Shown here: positions 16,663 to 26,700 of the stretch, piece by piece
How positions within the stretch are numbered: the first letter of the stretch is position 1
Layout of the letters: each line of letters opens with the position of its first letter
IMG/VR virus record: IMGVR_UViG_3300020045_021433
Span: 1-42,006 of that record
Reading direction: 5' to 3' (one strand)
DNA: 42,006 nt
DNA from: a virus
Taxonomy: Duplodnaviria; Caudoviricetes
Notes under the pieces: generated by a model
What the model saw: the letters and a program-made list of their open reading frames with translations, nothing else
The model's database searches: none
What the model was told of the DNA's origin: nothing
Program-made: the position numbers and the translations under genes

Positions 16663-18411
16663 ATGGCATTTTCATCCGTTTTAATAGAATTCAATGAAGT
16701 TCCCAATGTCGATCAGCAGATCAACATACTAGAGGATTTTCTTGGGATAAATATTCTCGAAACATTCAAAGAAGCAAGAGCTGCAGCAGAACAATCGGAA
16801 CTTCCTTTTTATGAAGCAACCTCGGATCGGTATTATAATTTTGTTTCGTCATTATTGGTAGATGCCATTAATTTAGATGCTAATCTCACAGGACAATTTA
16901 CCCTAGATTGGTCAAATGGACCAGATTATTCAGGAATAGGAAACGTTCTGATTACAGCTAACTTTTCGGGTGCTGTTTTTGCCATTGTAACCAACACAAC
17001 CACGGCAGACATTACAATTACGAACGAGGTTTACGTTCCTCCGGTTAACACAGTTTTGCCAACTCCAATAGATTTCAATGTAGTTCGAGGAATTGCAGGA
17101 GCGGTCGCCAAACCTTTGAATATTACCACACTTTTGCCTTGGACAATTACAGGAACTTTGCCTGCTTGGTTAACTTTGCCTAGTCTTAGTGGCACAGGCG
17201 ATGCCGTTGTCAATGCAACTCCGGTTAATTATATCGATTTGGCCGTTGGCGACTATACCACCACTTTTTCGGTTACGATAGACGGAGAAGTTTTTCCTAT
17301 CACAGTCAATTTAAATGTTTCTAATTTTATAGCCAATCCATTCGAACCGGGTAAAATTCATTTTTCGCAGGAACTCGATTATTTGCAATTTTCATCGAAC
17401 ACGCCAGCCACTTATATTGATTTTGATATTGAAATAAAAGTGTTCAAAATCAATACTTACGAGCCAATAATTTATAACCGAACGTATAAGTTTCCATTGT
17501 TTCAAGGCAAAGGAAACTTTCACGTTGGAACCATTGTTCACGATCTTTTCGAAGAAATAAAAGAGCTCGCAGACTTTGTTCCTGATCTGAAAACCAATTA
17601 TTATAAATCGCAATATCGCCCGGCTGAAATTGTGGTTTCTCTTGAAGAAAAAACTTTTGGCGAGACAGTACCAGGATTAATCAGTTTGGTGATGCCAATG
17701 TTCAAAATGGTAAAAGGCCACAAACCCTTCACAACTGAAGGCGAATTGACATTATTAACCGTGGCACAACAGGAAATAACGAGAATCACACCCACTTCTT
17801 TCATTGGAACGTCTTTTATTTATGTGGGAACGCCTCGAATTGTCGTGAAGAAAAACAATGTGATTGTCGATGATTTTACAATTTCGGCAGACGAAAACAA
17901 AGTGATCTATTCTTATTTTAGATTCATCGATAAGTTGAAATCTGGAGATTCTATTGAAATTATTGTTGTCAATGGGTTAGAAACTCGTTCCTCAAGATTC
18001 TTGGTTTTTCAAAATGCAGTGGAAAGTACTTATTTCATTTTTGAAAATGACAACCAAATGCCAGAATCCATTGAGTTTGCAGGAAGAAGAAGAATTAATC
18101 CAAATTTCACGCACATTTTATCCAAAAAAATAAAAAATTTACACGCTTTCGAATCTAAGGTAAAGTCCACAATTCAGGAATCATTTATCATCAACACAGG
18201 TCAGTTAGGAAAATCGGATTATCGTTTAATCACTGCCTTGGTGGCTAGTCCTAACGCTTGGTGTTCGTTCGATAATCCCGACGGTCCTTATTTCAAAGTA
18301 GATGCCACAACGTCAAAATTAAACACTCAAGACACTTCTTCGACCGAAGAAAGTTTCGATATTGAATTTAACCTCTTAGAAGATCTGTATGCTAGTATTT
18401 ATCCACGATGA
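16663..18411 (+). CDS. Tail tip protein with a BACON-like Ig domain
   Basis: Follows tape measure; PWTITGTLPAWLTLPSLSGTGDAVV is BACON-like. Confidence 0.6.
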   Translation: MAFSSVLIEFNEVPNVDQQINILEDFLGINILETFKEARAAAEQSELPFYEATSDRYYNFVSSLLVDAINLDANLTGQFTLDWSNGPDYSGIGNVLITANFSGAVFAIVTNTTTADITITNEVYVPPVNTVLPTPIDFNVVRGIAGAVAKPLNITTLLPWTITGTLPAWLTLPSLSGTGDAVVNATPVNYIDLAVGDYTTTFSVTIDGEVFPITVNLNVSNFIANPFEPGKIHFSQELDYLQFSSNTPATYIDFDIEIKVFKINTYEPIIYNRTYKFPLFQGKGNFHVGTIVHDLFEEIKELADFVPDLKTNYYKSQYRPAEIVVSLEEKTFGETVPGLISLVMPMFKMVKGHKPFTTEGELTLLTVAQQEITRITPTSFIGTSFIYVGTPRIVVKKNNVIVDDFTISADENKVIYSYFRFIDKLKSGDSIEIIVVNGLETRSSRFLVFQNAVESTYFIFENDNQMPESIEFAGRRRINPNFTHILSKKIKNLHAFESKVKSTIQESFIINTGQLGKSDYRLITALVASPNAWCSFDNPDGPYFKVDATTSKLNTQDTSSTEESFDIEFNLLEDLYASIYPR

Positions 18412-20293
18412 TTTTAAATTAGATCTTACTTATTTGAATGTCACTTTCACCGAGCAAAATCCGTGGATGAAAGACGATTTTTCGACTGAGTTTTCGATTC
18501 CGTTTGATGTTTATTTAGATTCGGAATTGTCGAAAAATAGCGGTTTTCAAGCGCATTATAATGCCAATCGAAACACGACTATTTTTAACGGTTGGCTTGA
18601 TAAAGACGGCGAATTGTCTAAGGCTATTTTGAAGTTTTTAAACATAAAAGGCAATAAAATCACGGCTGTAATCAATGCGGGAATTGACAATTTTCCAAGT
18701 TTTGACAAAAAATTATCTCAATTGAATTTAGAAATAAAACCCGTCGATGATATTATTGTCGATGCAAACGAAGTGATTTTAAAATCATATCCCGACACGA
18801 ACTATAATTTTCAAATGGTTCATACCGATAAATATGATCCCACGTCCGATGAATGGAACGGTTTTGGTAAAATCATCAATAATTATGATGCCGGTGCTTT
18901 TCTGGAAAATGAATTGGTAGTTGATGATCTAGATTTGATTAAAAATATTATGCAGCCATTTCCTTATTTGATGCACATCTTGAAAGCGGGAATTGCTGAT
19001 TCTGGCAAAACTTTGGCGGGCGATATTTTAGACGATTATGAACTAAATAGAACTTTAGTTTTTCGAGATGGTCAATATTTTGCACAAACCATCAAAGAAG
19101 AAATTCCCGCCACTTATAAAACAAATGAATGGACGGCTTTAGCTTTTCAAAACAATGGCTATCAATATGTAAATTATACCAAAGAAATCGAAGTTTTACG
19201 CAAAGGCGATTATACTCTTTTTGGTGATATAGAAAGTGTCTTATATACTTGGCATCCATTAGCGGCAAGTGACCGAAGCCGTCGATCTTCGCTAAATATA
19301 AAAATATCCAAAATTCATCTGGGTGTCGAAACTGAAATTTGGAGTTTCAATCTAAGTCGTCAAGGTAGCGGAACTCGACAATTGTCAAAACACATCGATA
19401 CTCGTTCGTTAGACGTTCCCGTTTCATTTGAGGTGGGTGATATTTTGCGAATTATTAAAACGGAACCACAACGGGACCAGGATCCAAATCCAGCAACTCC
19501 AGATAATCCAGAAGCTTTATCTTTAAAATTGATTCCAACCCGTTATCGCAATCCTGACGGTTCGCCAATACTCACTGTTTTGAATTTGAATGAAATCAAT
19601 TTGACCAAAGTTGTTCCAGACATGACCTTTGGCGAATTAATCAAGATTATAAAAAACTTGAAAAATTATGAATTCATTCCGTTTGGAGATTTAGTCTATA
19701 TGAATAAAATTCAAAAGAAATTGAATCGAGAATTGGCAAAAAACCTAACTGATTTTGAAATTGAGGAGCCGGAACGAGAATTCCACGATGATCGTGAATA
19801 CGAATTGGCTTTTACGGATGGATCTACGAACGAAACGTATAAATACGATTCGGTTTTGATTAGTTCCAGTGCTGTTTTGGTTACTAATTATACAGCAAAA
19901 ACAACCGTGAGTTCCATCAAAATAGATGCGCTGCCACTTCCTGTAATTGCCCGCAATGGCGTGACTACTTCTTATAATTTCGAAGACCAACCGTCAAAGC
20001 TTCGTCTTATTTTCAAAAAAGAGCAAGAAGGAGGCGCGCCTGTTGGTTTTTGGAACGAAAAAATGACCATCCCAAAACTTTATGAAAACGATTATAAAGA
20101 TTGGATCGATTTCAGAATAAACTCTATCGCTTGGAATTGGGAATTTGTTGTTTCAGTTGAAAAATTTCGGGAAATAACCATTCAAACGCTGCTTTATGCG
20201 TACCAAAATTATCACGTCTTTTCAGAAATCGAAAAAGAGCGTTTGAATGCGATGTATTGGAGGATTACTGCTAAAACCGAGAGTTTGCTTTAA
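18389..20293 (+). CDS. Tail tip/hub protein
   Basis: 634 aa, last late gene; VVPDMTFGELIKIIKNL motif typical of Bacteroidota phage tail proteins. Confidence 0.6.
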   Translation: MLVFIHDDFKLDLTYLNVTFTEQNPWMKDDFSTEFSIPFDVYLDSELSKNSGFQAHYNANRNTTIFNGWLDKDGELSKAILKFLNIKGNKITAVINAGIDNFPSFDKKLSQLNLEIKPVDDIIVDANEVILKSYPDTNYNFQMVHTDKYDPTSDEWNGFGKIINNYDAGAFLENELVVDDLDLIKNIMQPFPYLMHILKAGIADSGKTLAGDILDDYELNRTLVFRDGQYFAQTIKEEIPATYKTNEWTALAFQNNGYQYVNYTKEIEVLRKGDYTLFGDIESVLYTWHPLAASDRSRRSSLNIKISKIHLGVETEIWSFNLSRQGSGTRQLSKHIDTRSLDVPVSFEVGDILRIIKTEPQRDQDPNPATPDNPEALSLKLIPTRYRNPDGSPILTVLNLNEINLTKVVPDMTFGELIKIIKNLKNYEFIPFGDLVYMNKIQKKLNRELAKNLTDFEIEEPEREFHDDREYELAFTDGSTNETYKYDSVLISSSAVLVTNYTAKTTVSSIKIDALPLPVIARNGVTTSYNFEDQPSKLRLIFKKEQEGGAPVGFWNEKMTIPKLYENDYKDWIDFRINSIAWNWEFVVSVEKFREITIQTLLYAYQNYHVFSEIEKERLNAMYWRITAKTESLL

Positions 20294-20294
20294 T

Positions 20295-20324
20295 AAAAAA
20301 GCCACTAATCAAGTGGCTTTTTAT
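20295..20324. terminator. Bidirectional terminator
   Basis: AAAAAAGCCACT-AATCA-AGTGGCTTTTT between convergent genes. Confidence 0.8.
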
Positions 20325-21506
20325 TTATTTATCTATTCCAAAAGTGATATTAGCTGCTTGAATTACGGTATCACACTCTTTATTCCTTGGAGTATACATT
20401 TCTGTGATTTTAATATCATAATGTCTGGCTTGATCTCTAACTTTAATAGCAGGAATCCCGCTCATCAATAAATCAGTAATACCGGTATCTTTCATCCCGT
20501 AAAATTGATAAACACTAGGTAGATTTAAATCAATTCTCAATTTATCCCAAGCAGTGTCGATTTTTCTAACAGCCATTTTAATTATACCTGGCTTAAATTT
20601 ATCATTAGAAAAAACATAATCATTAGGATTAGCATTTCCTATATGATTTTTTAAAGTGTCTAGAAACTGTGCTGGAATCGTAACTATTTCGGCTTTTTTA
20701 TTTTTAGATACGTTTTTTGGTAAAAAAATAGTATTGTCTTTAAAGTTAATCATCCAAACTTTCATTTTTCCAAGTTCTGTATTCCGAATAAAGCAAAAAT
20801 AGGTTGACATACATACTGTATAAAATTCATATTCATAAGTTAGTAATTGATCGTGGATTTGTTGTTTTAATATTTTTGGAAAAATCTGTCTTTCTTTAGG
20901 AAGTGGCTTCATCGTTTTGATACCTGCTGTTGGATTTTCATTCAATACACCTTTATCTATCAAATAACCACAAAATAATTTTATAAATCCTAAATGATTG
21001 TTTCGAGTTCTGGGTGAAGATTCCCTTTCAATATATATCCAATCAAGATAATTGATACAGAATTTTTTATTAATCTGTTGTCCAAAAACTATCTTGAGTT
21101 CTTTTTCTTGAATGTATTGTTGAACTAAATTAAGATTTGAATTATAAGTTCTCAAGGTATCAGGTCTCAAAATATTGTCTTTTAGTTGCTTTTTTATACT
21201 ATTTAAAAAATCATCTACACAAGATTGAAATGTCTTATAGTTTTTACCTGTTTCCTCTAAAAATGGAGACCAACCTTCAGAAAGTTTTAAATTAATTCCC
21301 AAAACTATTTTTTTTGCGTGTTTAAGTCTTTCTGTTTTTGATGAAATAGATGGAACTCGGAGTCTAATTCGTTCCAGTATAGAAGTTACTGGATCTTTTG
21401 CGTAATAAACAATGATCCATTCTTTATTCTGCCTTAATTCAGCAGGCTTATAATCTATGAATACTGCACTAGATATACTACTTACGTGACTTTCGGGATT
21501 TTGCAT
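20325..21506 (-). CDS. int: Tyrosine integrase
   Basis: SPRTRNNH core-binding region; FIRNTEL (R), SKNKK (K), FYGMKDTG (HxxR variant), QARH, TEMY (Y). Confidence 0.93.
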   Translation of the reverse strand: MQNPESHVSSISSAVFIDYKPAELRQNKEWIIVYYAKDPVTSILERIRLRVPSISSKTERLKHAKKIVLGINLKLSEGWSPFLEETGKNYKTFQSCVDDFLNSIKKQLKDNILRPDTLRTYNSNLNLVQQYIQEKELKIVFGQQINKKFCINYLDWIYIERESSPRTRNNHLGFIKLFCGYLIDKGVLNENPTAGIKTMKPLPKERQIFPKILKQQIHDQLLTYEYEFYTVCMSTYFCFIRNTELGKMKVWMINFKDNTIFLPKNVSKNKKAEIVTIPAQFLDTLKNHIGNANPNDYVFSNDKFKPGIIKMAVRKIDTAWDKLRIDLNLPSVYQFYGMKDTGITDLLMSGIPAIKVRDQARHYDIKITEMYTPRNKECDTVIQAANITFGIDK

Positions 21507-21553
21507 TTTTTTTTATTCTTTTAAAAAAATGAAATTTTTCTAAAAAAATAATG

Positions 21554-21755
21554 TTGACACAAATTTGACACAGACTTTTTATTAAAAACTCCCGAAGCCC
21601 TTTGTGTGCTTGGTTTTTTGGGAGTTCTAGCAGAGAGGAAGGGATTTTCTTTTACTAATATTTAAGAAAATAAATTTCATAACTCACTGATTGTCAACAC
21701 TATTTTATTTTTAAAAAGGGGTTTTTTAATGGTTTTTGACACAAATTTGACACAG
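21554..21755. mobile_element. attP: tRNA-Ser 3'-end core flanked by arm-type repeats
   Basis: Core 21629-21646 reads AATCCCTTCCTCTCTGCT on minus; 20-bp direct repeat TTGACACAAATTTGACACAG at 21554 and 21736; IHF-like site 21680-21692. Confidence 0.8.
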
Positions 21756-21788
21756 GTCAATGCTTCTAATTACCATTAAATAAAGGTC

Positions 21789-22160
21789 TTAATGGTTTTG
21801 CAAGGTTATTTTTTTGATATCTAAATGAAGCTCCTCAAGCTTATTCATTAGGTCTTTCGTTGTCACCGGTTTTGTATATTTTGCCTGTGGTTCACTCAAA
21901 AAACTCTCATTATTTTCTGAAATAAACATTTTTGGATCGTCTTTCAAAAACCAATTCATGTTTAGATCTGGAAAAATATGCATTAATTTATCTATTATTT
22001 TTGTTCCCGCCACTTGACGGCCGCCAATATGGGCATTCCATTGGCTGTAATTCACATCATACTCTTCACAAAACATTGATAGATATGATTTTGGGGGATA
22101 TCCTTTTTCTTTTCCGTACACCTCTATAAGTGTTCTAATTTTTTCGCCGTCTACATTCAT
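21789..22160 (-). CDS. Probable immunity repressor (HTH, no peptidase domain)
   Basis: Divergent from early operon; HIFPDLNMNWFL and SEPQAKY motifs; start likely ATG at 22160. Confidence 0.7.
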   Translation of the reverse strand: MNVDGEKIRTLIEVYGKEKGYPPKSYLSMFCEEYDVNYSQWNAHIGGRQVAGTKIIDKLMHIFPDLNMNWFLKDDPKMFISENNESFLSEPQAKYTKPVTTKDLMNKLEELHLDIKKITLQNH

Positions 22161-22164
22161 AAAT

Positions 22165-22250
22165 CGATAGTTTTTAAAAAATAGATACATTTATCTAAAA
22201 AATAGATAAATATATTTTATTATTAGATATATATATGTATATTTGCTGTA
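22165..22250. promoter_or_regulatory. Divergent promoter/operator region
   Basis: TAGATA/TATCTA half-sites incl. TAGATACATTTATCTA (22182-22197); TATATTTG box for the rightward operon. Confidence 0.6.
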
Positions 22251-22278
22251 CTGAATATGCAAATAAACTGAATTAACT

Positions 22279-22584
22279 ATGAACAAAGATAATATTATTA
22301 TCCAAGAAAAAAACAATGTAATCACCCCAGAGCATACTCAAGAGGCTTTGGATAGTCTTCCTCACAATTATGTGGTTCAGGCTTTAGCTGTTTTAGAAAA
22401 GTGGAAAGACAGCGGAATTATTGACAAATCGTACTCTTCAAGATATGTCATAAAAGTCAAAAAAGGGGAAGAAGGAGCTTTCAATGAAGATATCATGAAT
22501 GCTCTAGTTGCCGTCGGCACAAAAAACAAAGAAGTACAAGAAAAGTTCGGACGTATAACAAAAAAAACCTCTCCATCTAATTAG
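22279..22584 (+). CDS. First early gene (Cro position), hypothetical regulator
   Basis: Position opposite repressor; followed by hairpin AAAACCTC...GAGGTTTT. Confidence 0.6.
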   Translation: MNKDNIIIQEKNNVITPEHTQEALDSLPHNYVVQALAVLEKWKDSGIIDKSYSSRYVIKVKKGEEGAFNEDIMNALVAVGTKNKEVQEKFGRITKKTSPSN

Positions 22585-22612
22585 ATATCGAGGTTTTTAA
22601 AAACATTTAGCG

Positions 22613-23188
22613 ATGACAAATATACAAATTCCCTCCGGTTTAATTGACGAAAACATCGAATTGTTTTCTGCTGAAGGTAAAATGATGGCTACCCATTTGG
22701 GCAGTGTAAAATCAATTTTTGACCTTCCAAAAGAATTTTTAGTGATTCTTAAAAAAGAAATGCTCTCAACTCCTTCGACAGTATTAGCTCTCTCACTTGC
22801 CGGTTACAAAACCCAACGTCAGCAACTCGAAAAATTTGCAGAATGCCGATTTGGTGGTTTTGATTTCATTGCTGATTTCAAAGATGGCAAGTTATCTGAA
22901 TCCGAATATCACGAATGTGGTTTTAGAAGCAACTGCACGATGGAAGGCATTGTGTGTGGCTTCTTCAAAGTCAATGGAAAAATCATTACTCCTTTCGAAA
23001 TTAAAATGATTCATTTTTTGGCCACTGAAGATACACTTCCTGTAATTGCCGAAAAACTACACGTGTGTATGAACACTTTCGAGGTCAAAAAGAAACTGCT
23101 TTATGAAAAGTTGGGTGTATTGTCCAGAGCTCGTCTGGTTGCGATTTGCTATGATTTACAAATTCTAATCCTGCAACCATGTATTTAA
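22613..23188 (+). CDS. LuxR-type HTH regulator with Cys cluster
   Basis: ITPFEIKMIHFLA...IAEKLHVCMNTFEVKKKLLYEKLGVLSRARLV; CGFRSNCTMEGIVC. Confidence 0.75.
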   Translation: MTNIQIPSGLIDENIELFSAEGKMMATHLGSVKSIFDLPKEFLVILKKEMLSTPSTVLALSLAGYKTQRQQLEKFAECRFGGFDFIADFKDGKLSESEYHECGFRSNCTMEGIVCGFFKVNGKIITPFEIKMIHFLATEDTLPVIAEKLHVCMNTFEVKKKLLYEKLGVLSRARLVAICYDLQILILQPCI

Positions 23189-23337
23189 ATATTCCCAAAA
23201 CTAAACAAGCTGCTATTCTCTGCATCAAAATTCAGGAAATAGACCTCTCTGATGATTATAGCGAAAAAGACAAGGCCCAAATAAAGCAGTTTTATCGAAA
23301 AAAGCTAAAGATTATCCAACCAGAAAGAAAATTCTAA
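23179..23337 (+). CDS. 52-aa hypothetical protein
   Basis: MYLNIPKTKQAAILCIKIQEID...; fills the gap, overlaps previous gene. Confidence 0.5.
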   Translation: MYLNIPKTKQAAILCIKIQEIDLSDDYSEKDKAQIKQFYRKKLKIIQPERKF

Positions 23338-23398
23338 AACTCATTACCATCGCCCATCAGCAATGATGGGCTTATTTAACCGAAAAAAATCCCATAAT

Positions 23399-23746
23399 AT
23401 GTCAACAGATATCATACACTCAAAAATCGAACTCCTAGAAGCGCAAATTGAAAACATCGAACGTTCAGGATATTTTACTGAAAAGGAAATTGATAGACTT
23501 TCAGCTCCATTGCGTTCTGAATTAGCAATTCTTAAAGCACATCTTCCAAAGTACGGAATGACTCCAGAGGAATATAACGAAGGAGTTATAATTCACAATG
23601 CTTGTTTCTCAACATTATTTGATGATGTTAAAATTAAAAAAGCAATTATAATACCTGAATTTCATTCAATTGATCCTGATTTAGTTTCGATATTGAAAAA
23701 TCAATGGGAAAAGTATGGTAGAAATTTAATGAACATTCAAGGATAA
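23399..23746 (+). CDS. Hypothetical protein
   Basis: ATG 23399; N-terminal coiled coil. Confidence 0.6.
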   Translation: MSTDIIHSKIELLEAQIENIERSGYFTEKEIDRLSAPLRSELAILKAHLPKYGMTPEEYNEGVIIHNACFSTLFDDVKIKKAIIIPEFHSIDPDLVSILKNQWEKYGRNLMNIQG

Positions 23747-23750
23747 TTAT

Positions 23751-26700
23751 ATGAAGTTCATCAAACAATCCTCTATTGACAATCTTATTGACGAAGTTCG
23801 CATTCTGGATGTGATCAAAACCTCGGAAGATTTGAAGAAAAAAGGCGTGAACTACTTTTGTAATTCTCCTTTTACTGCCGAGAAATCAGCGTCTTTTTGC
23901 GTGAGTGAAGTCAAAAATACCTTTTACGATTATTCGGCTGGCTTTGGTGGGAACGCCATTAGTTTCTTAATGAAACGCCACACGATCAATTATTATGAAG
24001 CCATCGAGAAAGCGGCTTCTATTTGCGGAATCGTGTTGGAATACGAAGAGCAAAGTGAAGATGCCAAGAAAATTCAAGACGAAGCTCTGCAAATGAAACG
24101 CTTTGTGGCTTTGATGGCTGAACAATATCAAACCCAATTTCACAAACTTTCAGACACCGATTGGCCAAAAGAAATGATGATCGCCAAACGTGCTTTCAAA
24201 GAAGACACGCTTCAGTCTTTTATGGTGGGTTATGCTCCAAATGTTGGAAGCTTTATTTCGACTCCTGCCATCAACAACGGTCATTTTGAACTGACAAAAA
24301 CTTTAGGTTATACACTCACAAAGAACGGTTCATCGTATGATTTTTTCAGAGATAGGATTATGTTTCCTATTCATAACGAAAAAGGAGATGTAGTTGGTTT
24401 TGGTGGCCGTGTAAAAAAAGCCGATGAAGAAAAGTATGCAAAATATCTAAATTCTAGAGAATCTAAACTTTACTTAAAAGAAAGGTGCCTTTATGGTTTA
24501 TGGCAAGCAAAAAAGACAGTTGTATCATCAGCTAAGGCAATTCTGCTAGAAGGATATACAGATGTAATCGCTTTACACCAAGCAGGTGTTCAAAATGCAA
24601 TAGCCACTTGTGGAACCTCATTGACTGAAGGTCACGCTAAATTATTACACCGTTTTTGCAAACATGTGATTTTGTTTCGTGATGGAGACAAAGCGGGTTT
24701 GAGAGCTGTTCACCGTGATATCGACATTTGTTTGCGCCACGGATTCAAAGTAGAAGTCGTGATTTGTCCTGATGGCGAAGATCCAGACAGTTTGTCGAAA
24801 ACTACCGACATCAACGCTTTTATTGAAGATAAACGTGAAGATGCCATTATTTGGAAAGCCAAATTTTTGCAGGAAGAAGCCAAAAACCCGGAACTCATTT
24901 CTTTGGAAACAAAACTTCGTGCTGAATTAGACGAGAAAATTGTTCAGGCGAAATATACTTTGGCCACTGAAGAAGAATTGAAAGCTTTGAACGTGACAGA
25001 ACGTAAATTCAAGAAAAAAGAGAACGACAACATTTTCAAATACATTGCCGAGCAAGAGAAAGAACTCAAGATGGAACTTGCCGACATCCCTAGATATGCT
25101 CCGGCATTGATCGCGCAATCTGTTGAGAGTATGGCCAACACGCTCCACGCCATCCCAAACAAAATTGAACAGGATGCTTATGTGAAAATGGTGGCGAAAA
25201 TTCTAGGTCAAAAACCGATTGTTCTTTCAGGAATTATTTCTTCACACGAAGAAGCGGAAGCCAAAGCCAAAAAGAATAAAGGTCAAGAATCCGAGAAAAA
25301 GGAATATGAGGTTCTGGGACTGCCAGAAGGTGCTGACAAGGATCAATATTTAAGAGATCGTTTTTGCATAATTGGGAATTCTTATTGGTTTCGTAAAGAA
25401 AATACTTTCATCAAAGGAACCAATTTCAGAGCGGAAGCCTTATTTCACATAGATGGAACTCGTGAAAATAAAAGACTTTGTGAAATCACGAACCATCTTG
25501 GCCACAAAAGACTGATTGATTTTGATTCTAAAGATTTGATCAACTTTCAAAAATTTCAAGAGAAATTGATAATGGAAGGCTTCTTTGTTTTCGAACCGGG
25601 AGTGTCAACAAATGATTTTAAATTATTGACCAATAATCTGTTTTCGGATTTCAATACTGCCAAAGAGTTGATGATTTTAGGCTTGCAGCCACAAGGTTTT
25701 TTTGCCTTTTCGAACAGCGTTTATTGCGACGATGGATTGATTAATTTCAATAAATACGGAATCGTTCACATTGCTAGTTTGGAAAAATCAGAAGAGGAAC
25801 GCAAAGCCGAAACCGAAACAAAATACAAAGCCGATGTGACTTATTTTTATTCGCCATCGCATTCTGAAATTTACAAATCAGCTAATGAAGGCGATGACCC
25901 TTATGAAAATGACCGTCATTTCATTCATAAAGTTGCACCTATTTCCCTGGACCAATGGGCAAACCAAATGACTAAGGTTTTCGGAGATAAAGGGAAATTG
26001 GGTGTCGCTTTTTGTATCGCTGCCAACTTTAGAGATTTGTTTATCAAACATTATAATTTCTTCCCACTCTTTGGAGGATTTGGACAAAAAGACAGCGGAA
26101 AATCGGGTTTTGGTTCTTGTCTTCAGGCATTCTTTTATCACAATTTGAATCCTTTGGAACTGAACACTTCGACCTTGGTGGGTTTGTCTCGAAAGTTATC
26201 CAGATGCAAAAATACAATTGTGTTTTGCGATGAGATGCGCGACGATATAGACGAAGCGATGCACCAAACTTTGAAAGGAACTTGGAACGGAATTGGTCGT
26301 GAAAAAGGAAAAGGTTTCGACTCCAATAAAACTACGGTTGACCAAATCCACTCGGCCGTTTATTATTCCGGCCAATATTTGCCAACTCGTGACGATGGTG
26401 CTTTGCCTTCGAGATCTATTATTGCCAACTTCGAAAACAAGGAATTCTCCTCAGACGAAAAAGAGCAATACAATAAACTGATCGCTTGGAATAAAGAAGG
26501 GATTTCGTCTTTCATTTTGGATGTAATCAAACACCGGGATTATGTTGCCAAAAACTTAACGAGAGCTTATGCCGAAACCAGCAAGGAAATGAAGCTCGCA
26601 TTGAAAGAACAGGAATATCAAAACCGTGTTTTCGATAATTACATCGTTCTCCTGGTAATTGTAAAAATGCTTCAAGACAAATTCAATTTTCCTTTTACCT

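Noticed and set aside
21629-21646. tRNA gene
   Set aside because: Only the 3' 18 nt are present; it is an att core
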